Source of the DNA: Camelus dromedarius
Taxonomy: Eukaryota
DNA length: 64,000 nt
NCBI RefSeq assembly: GCF_036321535.1
Contig: NC_087460.1
Coordinates: forward strand, 5,146,001-5,210,000
Direction: 5' to 3'
The notes below the pieces were generated by a model. It worked only from the letters and a program-made list of their open reading frames with translations, ran no database searches and was not told where the DNA came from. Positions 54,873-64,000 of this stretch are shown one piece after another. Each line of letters starts with the position of its first letter. Position 1 is the stretch's first letter. Made by a program: the position numbers and the translations under genes.

Positions 54873-57800
54873 GGGAGAGACAGATACCAGCAGCACCTCC
54901 CTTCCTCTGACGGATTTCCATTTTGTTTTTGTTTTGGTGGGGGAGGGGTAAGGTAGCTAGGCTTATTTACTTCTTATTATTTTTCTGACGGAGGTGCTGG
55001 GGATCGAACCCAGGACCTCATGCAGGCTAAGCAGGCGCTCTACCGCTGAGCTAGACCCTCCTGCCTCTGATGCGTTTCCTCGCCCTGGTCCGTGTGGCTT
55101 CCCCCAGCTTCCACTGTTCTTCCAGCATTCAGTGTTCCAATGTTCAGTTTTTGGACTTCTGTCCATTTAAAGCCAGATTTACACAATTATTCTGTCAATG
55201 CAGGTTTTCCCTAAGTGTTGTTTTGTTTTTTAAACCTCTTTTTTGAACTCTTGGGTTCTTAGAAAGCCCACGTACTCATGCCATCGGCCCCTGGACAGGT
55301 GGCTGCCGCGTCTTTTTCTCTAGCTTTGTTCTCCTTCCCCAGCTCTACCTGCTGAATTTCTACCTGCCTGCTATAACCTCTGTCTAGGAGTTCTGCCAGC
55401 ACCTCAAATAAACAAGCTAAAGCTGAAATAATGAGCGCTGATGCCCAAACTTGCCCTCTCCCTGAGTTCTCTGCTTCTGTAATGGTGACTTTGTCCTTGC
55501 AATCACCCAGACTTACAGCCTCTGAGTCATCTTTGATTCCGCCCTGTCTTTTTTTTTTTTAATATTAAAAAAATTTTTTAAATGGAGGTACTGGGGATTG
55601 AACCCAGGACCTCGTGCATGCTAAGCTCATGCTCTACTGCTGGGCTATACCCTCCCCCTGGATTCCTCCCTGTCTTCACCCTCCACGCCCCATCACTGGC
55701 CAGGTCACCTAGATCCCGCTCTGTGCCCGTGTCTGGAATCTGTCTCCTCTTATGCTATTTCTGCTGTTATGACTCCAGCAGGCCCTTACTGCCTGTCCCC
55801 TGGCCTGGTGCTAGTAGCCTTCTAACTAGCCCACCATCTCTAGTATTTTAACTTCAGCTTGGCCTCCACCCTGAGGCTAGGTTAGTGATCCTAAACCAGA
55901 ATTTTCATCCTCACACTTCCTGCTGAAAAAGACATCAGCGGTTCCTTCTTGCCCACCGCACAGCAGTTGCAATCAAAGCCCTCCATCCTCTGGCCCGGCC
56001 TTTCCTCCTCTCGCCTTAGCAGACTCCTCACCCTCCACTTTAGGCTCAGCCTTCTACCCTCCTTCAATCACCAGCTCACTTGCTACTTTTCTTGATCGAT
56101 CCTAACCTCCCTTGCCAAAAGCCCCACTCCCATCCTGGCCGGAAATAACCTCTCCTTCTCTGGACTCTCATGGGTTTGTTTGTTCCACTCCTGTGATGCT
56201 GACCATATTGGCCCTTGTTTTAACGTTTGTGTTCCAGCTCTGGTCTCTCGACCAGGTCATTAGTGCCCGCCACAGGGGGAAGGTCTGTTGGAGCCTGTGC
56301 TGGGGTTGCATCCCGAGAGGCTTTGATCTGGGCTTTTCTGAACGACCGTGGGTGTGGTACCCTCAGGGGCTCTGAGCTCATGGTACCTGCTGAGTTTACT
56401 CCTTCGCCTTTCGGATCTGGGCCTTCTTGATAAGGTGGGTAAGAGTACTTTCAGCACAGTCATTTCGGTTAACACAGACGTGTGGACCACAGGCCCCGCT
56501 CCCGGATCACCGCCTCCCCTGTGAGGACTGCTTGTTCGAGGCGGCACTTCTTCATAAACAGATTTGACTCGTGCAAACCCAGGCCCCACGTGGTGGCTGT
56601 GCTTTAGTGGGAAAATCGTGGGTTGGAATGGGAAGAATGGGTTTCAACCCAGACCAGGACGCACATTTCTCGTGTGACCAAGATGCTTGACCCAAGAGCT
56701 TTGGTTTCTCATCCGTATCCCAACAGCAGTGAAAGAAAGTTCAATAAAATAATATGGGCAAAATGCTGCATGAACCAGCACGGGCTGTGAGAATGTTCGG
56801 CTGGAGGTGACCCCGGGAGCGTGTTCCTGAGCGGCTGTGCTGATGGTCACGCTGGGCTGGCTGCGTTCTCTGGGGAGGGTGTGTCTGACACCAAGGTCAG
56901 TGAGGCTTCATGGGACAGTGGATGTAGGTCCAAGGGGGTCAGATCAGGTCACCTACCGAAGTGCATTTCCCTGATATTGAAGGGAGCGAGTGGAAGACAC
57001 ATCAAGGAAGAGGACACCCTTTGATAAGCTCCCCCTGAGCCCCACTCTGGTTGAATACTTTTTTGGCGTGTATCTACCAGATGCTGTACTGAACATGCTT
57101 TTTTTTTTTTAAACCTCTTGTGTGAAGAACTGTGTATGTCTCTACATTTCTGTAAGTTCAGTTTGTAAAATAACAGTTTGATGGACATTCCGTAAGCTTA
57201 GGGTGGGGCATTGGTGATGTCATCACCCCTGTGGGTCAGGGCTGCCTGACCTTCTGTCCCCGAGTCCTCCCTGCAGCAGCATCCTCCCGGGAAAGGGTGT
57301 CTCCCCCTCCAGCTTTGCTCTGGGGGGGGGTGTGGTCTTGCAGAGACACTATCCCCCTTTCCTCCCTTCTCTCGCTGATGTGGGGTGCTCTCTGTAGAGG
57401 TGGAAGTCCAGAGTGATGGACAGAATCTAGGTTAAGGGCAAGGTGGTGGAGTCACAGGCTGCCTCTCTCCTCGCTTCTCCTAGGTGCTTCAGTGAAGAAT
57501 CCTGTGTCTCCATCCCCGAAGTGGAGGGCTACGTGGTGGTGCTTCAGCCCGACGCCCCCCAGATCCTGCTGAGTGGCACTGCTCATTTTGCCCGCCCAGC
57601 GGTGGACTTTGAGGGACCTGAAGGCGTCCCTTTGTTCCCTGATCTTCAAATCACTTGCTCCATCTCTCACCAGGTGGAGGCCAAAAAGGATGAGAGTTGG
57701 CAGGGCACAGGTAAGGATGACCCCAGGGAGTGATGTCACTCAGAGGAGAGGTCCACGTCTGGAATCAGAATGGAGAAAATCTGAGACTGGCCGTCATCCT

Positions 57801-59511
57801 GCATTCACTTGACTAGAACCACTGAGCCCTAGGAAGGAGAGCTAGTGGGAGGCCGTGGGTGGAAGGAAGGGGTTGGCTCATGATGTTCTTAGAAATGATG
57901 CTGACAGCTCTCAGGGGATGACCCTGGAAGGGGAGAGAGTGGCCCTTGAGCTCTGACCTAGATCCCAACTCCCTCCCACCCAGTGACGGACACACGCATG
58001 TCGGATGAGATCGTGCACAACCTGGATGGCTGTGAGATTTCTCTGGTGGGTGATGACCTGGACCCCGAGCGGGAGAGCCTGCTCTTGGACACGGCGTCCT
58101 TGCAGCAGCGAGGCCTGGAGCTCACCAACACGTCCGCCTACCTCACCATTGCCGGTCAGTGGGCCCCCAGAGCCTGTCCTCTTTCCTTGTCTGAGCCCCT
58201 CCCTGTGGTCAAGTACCTGGGAAGCCCGAAGGGATGCGTGCAAGCGCCACCTTGCACCCTCCAGCCTGGAAGAGCCTCTGGCTTCCAGATCGCCCTTAGA
58301 GGCGGTGGCTAGGGTTTAGGTTCCCAGTGGTTCTTTCCCCAGCTTCTCTCTCCAGACTGGCTCACCTCCCCTCCAGGCTCCACTCTTGCTTTGCTCAGTC
58401 TCTGACTAGCTTTCCAGTCCTCTAGCCATTTGGGACTCATCACCTTCTCTGTCTTCCATCTCGCTCATCTCATGGACACAGCCTAGCTTTAAGTCAAGTG
58501 CTCATCTCTTAGTGAATGGTTGTAATGACCTGGTAGCTTCTCAAGGAAGCCTGCTCTTCTCCGAAGGACCCTCCACTGGGGAGAATAAGAGAAGGTGGAA
58601 TGACCAGTGCCCTCCTGTTTCCATTTCCTTCCAGACAGACCCTCATCGAGGACTTCTGTGTTTTCCCCTCTCTGTTTCTGCCCTGCTGTCCCCACCTCTG
58701 TCCTGCAGGTTGTCCCTGTCTCCTCTCCATCCCTCCCAAGAAGGCAGAGCTCTGAGGTGGGGTGGGGGCAGAGCTGGAATCAGAGCCTGGGTTGCTTTAT
58801 CTCAGTCAGGCAGAGCTGTGGGGTTGTGGGGGGAACGATAGAGGGAAGCACCTCTCCTTCTGAGAACTCAGGTCACACCCCTGTTGTGTGGTGTCAGCTG
58901 GTGGGAGACTGGGAGACAGGGTCCTGCCCTGGGCCCCTTTGCTGGCTTCTACTCTGAGCTGCCTCCTGGTCCCTAGGGGTGGAGAGCATCACTGTGTATG
59001 AAGAGATCCTAAGGCAGGCTCATTATCGGCTGCGACACGGAGCTGCCCTCTATGCCAGGAAATTCCGGCTCTCCTGCTCAGAAATGAATGGGCGTTACTC
59101 CAGCAATGAATTCATCGTGGAGGTACCCAGAGGGTCTCCTTCCTCCCAGAGCTACCCCTGTGGCGAGGAGCAGGGCTAAGTGGACTGAACCCTCTGTGGG
59201 TGGGGATGGAAGTCATAGTGCCTAGGTGGAGGGGGGAGGTGGGGGGGAGGGGGCTCCTGGCCCAGCCGGTGGGTGGAGAAGGAGGGGAGGCTGTGGGGCA
59301 GGGGTGAAGAGATGGGCCCTGGAAGGGTGGAGTAGGACTGGGGAGAGGCGCCCACTGAGCCTGCCCTCTCCCCAGGTCAGCGTCCTGCACAGCATGAACC
59401 GGGTCGCCCACCCCAGCCACATGCTCAGCTCCCAGCAGTTCCTGCACCGTGGTCACCAGCCCCCGCCTGAGATGGCCGGACATAGCCTGGCCAGCTCCCA
59501 CCGAAACTCCA
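41489..59511 (+). CDS. CLSTN3: Calsyntenin-3 (exons 1-16; 3' partial, last two exons beyond the window)
   Basis: join: 41489-41552, 43868-43990, 44469-44664, 45852-46060, 46324-46473, 46730-46915, 47363-47644 (middle in N gap), 48413-48525, 50805-50967, 51708-51764, 52479-52636, [exon 12 inferred in gap 52760-52955], 57484-57710, 57984-58154, 58977-59122, 59376-59511. All GT-AG, and phases are consistent if exon 12 is 149 nt. Cadherin repeats (DKDAPLRYAG, VNDVNEFAP) and LNS domain recognised. Confidence 0.97.
42810..42870. repeat. Tandem duplication of a 26-bp unit (GAGGAGGTTGGGGCTGGGATGATGTA x2)
   Basis: Directly visible in CLSTN3 intron 1. Confidence 0.85.
44860..44995 (+). mobile_element. 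MIR SINE fragment
   Basis: TGACTTTGGGCTACTTCTCAGCCTTTCTGGGTCTGCTTTTCCTTGTCTGTAAAATGGGGATAATAA. Confidence 0.7.
48880..49100 (+). mobile_element. MIR SINE fragment
   Basis: GGTTTGAGTCCTGCC...ACTTACTAGC...CTGTGAAATGTGGATAATAAG...GGTTGTAGGATTAAATGA. Confidence 0.65.
49405..49660 (-). mobile_element. Younger (artiodactyl-type) L1 3' end
   Basis: TTTTTGATTGAAGTGTAGTTGAT...GTTTCAGGTGTACAGCAAAG.AATTCAGTTATA...TTCAGGTTCTTTTCCATTATAG..TGTTACAAGAAATTGAATATAGTTCCCTGTGCT.TACAGT. Confidence 0.8.
49780..50620 (-). mobile_element. L2 LINE fragment containing a Vic-1-type SINE
   Basis: CAACCAATATTTGTTCAG...CTAGGTTCTGGGGATACAGTGGTG...GTTCCAGGCAGAGGGAAGAGCAGGTGCAGAGGCCCTGAGGCAGGAAAG...TGACCTGATCAGATTTACATTTTAAGAAGATC. 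Confidence 0.7.
49939..50025 (+). mobile_element. tRNA-Ala-derived SINE (Vic-1 type)
   Basis: GGGGGAGGGTATAGCTCAGCAGTAGAGCGCGTGCTTAGCAGGCACGAGGTCCTG...TACCTCCATTAAAAAA. Confidence 0.85.
51320..51500. repeat. Degenerate (TG/TATG)n tract
   Basis: Directly visible. Confidence 0.85.
52760..52955. other. Assembly gap expected to hide CLSTN3 exon 12 (other gaps: 3700-3846, 14811-14945, 47505-47636)
   Basis: Run of N preceded by a polypyrimidine tract ending GGTCC; exon 11 (phase 0) to exon 13 (phase 2) needs an exon of 3n+2 nt. Confidence 0.85.
53335..53585. mobile_element. MER58-like hAT-Charlie MITE
   Basis: GGTTGGCAGCCT..GGCCC...CAAATCTGGCCTGCTGCCTGTTTTTGTAAGTAAAGTTTTATTAGGACACAGCC...TATGGCCC..CAAA..AAAATATTTACTGTCTGG. 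Confidence 0.8.
54269..54390 (+). mobile_element. tRNA-Ala-derived SINE (Vic-1 type)
   Basis: GGGGAGGGTGTAG...ATGCTTAGCATGCACAAGGTCCTGGGTTCAATCCCCAGTACCTCCATTAAAA...AATAAACCTAATTAC. Confidence 0.85.
54789..54867. repeat. Compound (TG)n(AG)n microsatellite
   Basis: Directly visible; preceded by a 20-bp tandem duplication CTAACACTTCTTTGAGGTC near 54725-54765. Confidence 0.95.
54920..55061 (-). mobile_element. tRNA-Ala-derived SINE (Vic-1 type)
   Basis: GGAGGTGCTGGGGATCGAACCCAGGACCTCATGCAGGCTAAGCAGGCGCTCTACCGCTGAGCTAGACCCTCC. Confidence 0.85.
55548..55658 (-). mobile_element. tRNA-Ala-derived SINE (Vic-1 type)
   Basis: ATGGAGGTACTGGGGATTGAACCCAGGACCTCGTGCATGCTAAGC...TGGGCTATACCCTCCCC. Confidence 0.85.
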
Positions 59512-59974
59512 GTACGTAAGGCTGCGAGGGGCCAGCAGGGCGGGCAGGTGGAAGAAGTGGGCTGGCATCCTCCCCACCACCTCTGGGAGGGAGGAGGGGG
59601 TGGAGCGGTGGGTTCTGTTCTTTGTGGAACCTGACTCCGTTGAGGGCTGTGATCCAATCCCTGTATCCCCTGAATCATTGACTTTTCCTGATGGAGAATG
59701 TGAGCCTTGTGTGATCACAGGGGCATTCATGCCGTGGACCATAGTCAGTGTGGGTTTAGCCACCCTCCCCCAACAATATCAAGTTAGCCCAGGACCTAGG
59801 ATCCTCGATGGTAAAGCTATCAAGTATGTATTAAGCACCTACTGTGTGCTAGCACTGTCCTAAAGTACTATTAGGAATACAAAAGAATTGCAGGATAGAG
59901 ACACTGCCTGTCCTCAAGGAGGAAGTTGTTATTATATATGTAATTATGTGCTATCTATAAACTCATAAGACTTT

Positions 59975-60100
59975 CTTTTTTTAAATTTTTTTTTGGGGGA
60001 GTAATTAGGTTATTTATTTACTAAGGGAGGTTCTGGGGACTGAACCCAGGACCTCATGTGTGCTAAGCATGTGCTCTACCACTGAGCTATACCCTCCCCC
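59975..60100 (-). mobile_element. tRNA-Ala-derived SINE (Vic-1 type)
   Basis: GGTTCTGGGGACTGAACCCAGGACCTCATGTGTGCTAAGCATGTGCTCTACCACTGAGCTATACCCTCCCC. Confidence 0.85.
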
Positions 60101-60249
60101 CATAAGACTATTTCTAAAACAAAAGATGCAAAGATGCAAAGTGCTACATCCAGATGGAGTGCTGCCCTTCAAAGCAGTCTCGTTCCCTGGCCATGGTGGT
60201 TTACTGGTGATACAATTTTTAATTCACAATTTCAGAGCTGCTTAATTAT

Positions 60250-60860
60250 AGAAAGACTAGAAGCCATCAGTATAAGGAAGAACAGTCAGCCATAATTCCA
60301 CCACGACTGGCCCCCATTCATATGATATGTTTATTATGTGCTGGGTTTGGTCTATGCCTGTCTTTTTTTTTTTTTTTTTTTTTTCTTTTAACAAAGTTGG
60401 GATCAAACTGTTTTGTCACCTGGTATTTACACCAAATATCATGAAATGAGTCTTCTCTCACATTGTTAACACCGGTGAAATGATTCTGAGGTTGCTGAAA
60501 AGGATTTTTGGAATCTCTTTTTGGAATTGCTTTCGAAGTCAATTTATGAGATGTATTTATTTTTGTGACCTTCGAGACACACCTTGCTTTGGGCCCAGTT
60601 CGGGATTACCCAGCTTCAGCAGCCAGTTTTGTCAGAGTTGGCTCTTGACAGCATTTTGTTTTTAAACATAAAACCCAATGTCAAAGGGCACAGATTTGTC
60701 GCAAAAAAAAGGTCTAAAGGTGTACTGTGGGCTCTGAAGGCAATTCCCTAAGGAGTTCTAAAAGTGTTTTCTTGGAAGTTCATAGTCACTGAACTCTGCC
60801 CTGAAACGACAGCACTCACATCAACCACGTGACAATAAGAATAGTGATTACATCGGTGTG
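60250..60860 (+). mobile_element. Ancient mariner-type transposon remnant (MARNA-like)
   Basis: Degenerate translation near 60620-60780 (QPVLSELALDSILFF...KGHRF...ALKAIP.KEF.KCF) resembles the mariner transposase C-terminus (HPPYSPDLAPSDFFLF...LKG.RF...). Confidence 0.45.
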
Positions 60861-60889
60861 CCAGGAGCCATGTGCGTGGGCCTCACGCC

Positions 60890-61040
60890 AGCTCACCAGT
60901 GACTCATTACAGACAACAAATGAAATAGATACTAGAATTACCCCCTCTAAAGGCAAGGTCATGAAGGCCCAGAGAGGTTAAGGACCTTATCCAAGATCAC
61001 ACAGCTAGAAAGTGGTGGAGCCAGGATTCAGATCCGGGCA
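60890..61040 (-). mobile_element. MIR SINE fragment
   Basis: GAAGGCCCAGAGAGGTTAAGGACCTTATCCAAGATCACACAGCTAGAAAGTGGTGGAGCCAGGATTCAGATCC. Confidence 0.75.
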
Positions 61041-62434
61041 CAGGCTTCCAGAGCCCGCGCGCTGACCCGCACTCTCCGTGCCCTCTCTGTTTGTGTTTGA
61101 TGCTTAAAAAGAAAAAGCTCATTATTTTACAGTTGCACCTAATTTGGGGGAGCTCCTGAGGGCTCCCCAGGACATCTTTGACTGAGGCTAGCTCCCTGGT
61201 GCCCCCAGGATTCAGTTTGGGTTCCTCTCCAAGGGCTGCGGCCAGCACTGCCCTGTCTTTTGTATTTCCTTTTCTCTGGGACTGGCTCCCCTCTCCCTTG
61301 CTCTCTCTGAAAACAACTGCAGAGGCCTTTCTAAGTGTTTTCCTGTGATTCCTGCAGCAAAGCAGGTGGCAGCAGGGGTGAAGAGGGAGCCTAAGGCATT
61401 AACCAAGTTGCAAAGGTTCACGGAAGCTTCACACCATCTTTAGAGATGTGTGAGCAAACGGAACCCGTTTTTGTTAAATAGCCCAGCTTTTCTCCCCCCG
61501 TCGTGGTTCCCTCGCTCCTTCTCCAGTTCCTTCCTTGGGAGTCACCCTACTCAGCCTTGTCTGGGTTGGATGTTGGGTCCTGCCACTCAGTAGGGTCAAG
61601 GTGGGTCCAGGTTGGCCTTGCCGCTGGGCCTGAGGGAACTCTCAGTCCTTATTTTCTCTGGTGTGAGGGCCCAGAGGAGGGAGTCCACATTCTAACTGCC
61701 CCAGAGCTTCCTCTCCTGAGCTCCCAGCTGCCCTGCGCTGGCTGGCCTGGCCGGCCGAGGGTCTCACCCTCATTTCCTGGAGCTGCCTTGGATGCTCCGG
61801 GTTTGTAAGCCCTGCCCTAGGCTTCACCGCTCTCCTGGCCTCTCCATCCACTGTTCTGAGCTGCCATCCAGGCCAACTCAGCTTGCTCTGAGATTCCCAT
61901 GGAGAGCTGCTGCCTGCTTTTGCTTTTCCCCTGATTTTGGCCCAAGTAAAGGAGAGTTCATAGTTCCCCCTGAGGGCCCTGGTGATTGACATCTCCTGAG
62001 CTTACCAGGAGATCACCGCATAAAACCCCTTCCACCTGCCTTTTCAGAGTCTTCAAGTCGCTCCCTCCATTACCCCTCCCAACACCCAAGAGTGGAGTCA
62101 CAGGGCTATGGCTTTGCAGTTTCAAATCACTCTGCCCATGCAGAAGAGTAAGCAGATGGAAGCCCCTCTGATGAGAAGGGGTTTGTTTCTCCGAAGCCCC
62201 TAAGTGCACCAGATAAAGGAGATCAGTGTGAGCTGGGACAGCCAGCCAGGGCTTGACAGTCTCGCAGTGCATTCAGAGTGAAGCTTGGACCTTGAGGGGT
62301 CGAAGGGAGTTTGGATGGACTTGCGAGACAATGACAGTTTGAGAGTTGGAGGTGGCTGGTTGGCGGGGTCGGGGGCTGCGGTTTCTGTTTAGGGAGAATG
62401 AGGCTGTCTGAGAAGGGTGAGATGATGCAGACAA

Positions 62435-62620
62435 TATTTGTCCAGTCATCCCAAACTCGGATGCACATCCGAATTGCCTGGGGAGAAGTAAAAACGCTTG
62501 GTGCCTAGGCTACACCGTACACCAGTTAAATCAGAACGTCTCGGGGTAGGGAGCCAGGCATCAGTGGTTTTTAAAAGTCCTCCGGTGATGTCAATGTGTA
62601 ACAAAGTTTGAAATCATTTC
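62435..62620. mobile_element. MER5A/B-like MITE
   Basis: CCAGTCATCCCAAACTCGGATGCACATCCGAATTGCCTGGGGAG...CCAGTTAAATCAGAAC.TCTCGGGGTAGGG.GCCAGGCATCAGTGGTTTTTAAAAG..CTCCGGTGAT. Confidence 0.75.
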
Positions 62621-63677
62621 CCTACTTTGTCACCTACAAGCATCTGAGAGTTTGTGGTAAGACCTACAGTGCAATAAGGTAAAAACAGAAAGTGAATTAG
62701 GAAGCAGGGAGGAAAGGATGATGATGTAAGAGGAAGACAAAGCGTGGCAACAAGTCAGTTGATAACATAGGTGCTGAGATACTGTGTGTTGTTAGAGTGG
62801 CCAGAATTTGGTCTCTGAGCTTCCTTGTAGCTGAAGCAGAAGGAAACCTGAGACGTTAGGAAGGTCGTATGATGGGACCAACCACTGCTTCAAGGGAAGC
62901 CCTGGGACCCAGAGCAGAAAGAGGCTTCTCCCGAGGCTCTTCAGAAAGGGGACACCACGTGGGGTTGTGGACAAGGCTTCAGCAGTGTTGCACAACCACA
63001 CGAAAGCAGGAGTTTCACACCTGCCATTGGCTAAAATGAAAACACCCCTTCGTGTTGGCCTTGGAGGTCATTCAAAGCTGGTATCAACTGCTTGGATCTA
63101 ATGCAGTAAGAAGGGTTGATTGTACTTCCTAAACTCTTTTTTATTTAAAAAATTTTTTATTGATTAATTGATTGATTGAAGTACAGTCAATTACATTGTG
63201 TCAATTTCTGGTGCACTAAACTCTTGATTTTTGTCTGTAGCTAATTAAGTCCTTCCATTTCCCTGATCTCCTGCTCATTTTAAATTGATGAGCCATATTT
63301 GGTTTGCCTGCAGATAGAGGGTCTGCATTTTGTCTTTCTTGTGGTCACTTCTTATTCCTGGCCATCAACTTGTCATTTGCTTCACCAGGCCAGGGGCTCA
63401 GAGGGACAAAGGCATCTGATTAAGGCACAAAGCAGAAGTTCTGGCTTGTTGTCATGGTGCCCCTAGAACAAGGTCACCTGCTGCGGCCTCCACTGGGGGT
63501 GCGGGCCTCTACTTTTCCTAGAGCCTGGGCTTGGCTTCGGGGGCATTCTGCTGGTGGGGTCACGCCCCAGGATCTCACCCACTGACTTGGAGCCCCGGGA
63601 GGGGCTACTTCCTACAGATGAGCAGAAAGGGCAGCTCTGCCTCCCTCTTTCCTTGTCCCCTGTCCCCAGGGAACTGA

Positions 63678-64000
63678 GAAGTGCTGATCCAGTCAGGCCC
63701 ATTTCTCTCCTTAGTGGGGGCTCACGGAGCCCACCTGCCCTGCTCAGCAGAGTCAGCTCTCGTTGGCCCGTGGCCCCAAGTAGGCTATGGGTCAGGTCAG
63801 GATAGGGACCGACTTGGCAGGCAGCCGTCAGGGTGGCCTCAGGGAGGTGTGAGGCTAGCGTGCCTGCTCAGCAGGGCCTTCTTCCACACCTGGTTGGCCC
63901 TGGAGCGAGAGGCAGTGGGGCGTGTGCTGGCTGTGGGGGAGGAGGGTATGGGGACCTTCTGTGCTGTGTGCTTCTCTGTGCTCTGCTCTCTCTTGACATG
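63678..64000 (+). CDS. Candidate start of the unique first exon of adipocyte CLSTN3-beta (open frame running off the window)
   Basis: Stop-free frame from 63678 to the end of the window: ...GGVRLACLLSRAFFHTWLALEREAVGRVLAVGEEGMGTFCAVCFSVLCSLLT. First ATG at 63948. Located in CLSTN3 intron 16, where the beta exon lies in mouse and human. Identity is inferred from position and hydrophobicity only. Confidence 0.4.

Noticed and set aside
19980-60100. tRNA-Ala-like sequences as tRNA genes
   Set aside because: They have divergent stems, a shared non-tRNA tail and A-rich ends, and occur in 13 dispersed copies: SINEs, not tRNA genes.
1-64000. CRISPR arrays, rRNA genes or prokaryotic systems
   Set aside because: None seen; the window is intron-containing mammalian DNA, and its tandem repeats are microsatellites or simple duplications.

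Overview
Mammalian genomic window covering the C1R - C1RL - RBP5 - CLSTN3 locus (syntenic with human 12p13.31). The species is very probably a camelid: 13 copies of a tRNA-Ala-derived SINE match the camelid Vic-1 type. Reconstructed exon by exon with canonical splice sites: C1R (minus, 11 exons, 707 aa), C1RL (minus, 6 exons, about 486 aa), RBP5 (minus, 4 exons, 135 aa) and CLSTN3 (plus, exons 1-16; exon 12 and part of exon 7 lie in N gaps, and the last two exons are beyond the window). The apparently empty 23-35 kb interval between C1RL and RBP5 holds a tandem array of decayed C1R-family paralogs. The largest, at 31.3-34.2 kb, is a promoter plus exon 1-5 relic with a C1RL-like signal peptide that still carries the EGF and CUB2 exons C1RL lacks. 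There are also two more promoter/exon-1 relics and a pseudo-exon 3. Each promoter copy carries a same-orientation CTCF-like motif, and four of the five have a GTGAG donor 220-238 nt away. Other notable points: C1RL has a 1-nt shifted exon-2 acceptor that destroys the split AT|G start but is rescued by an upstream ATG; C1R and C1RL share a probable gene-conversion tract; and a hydrophobic open frame running off the window end is a candidate for the adipocyte CLSTN3-beta first exon. Comparisons with human proteins are from memory and need database confirmation; repeat boundaries are approximate.
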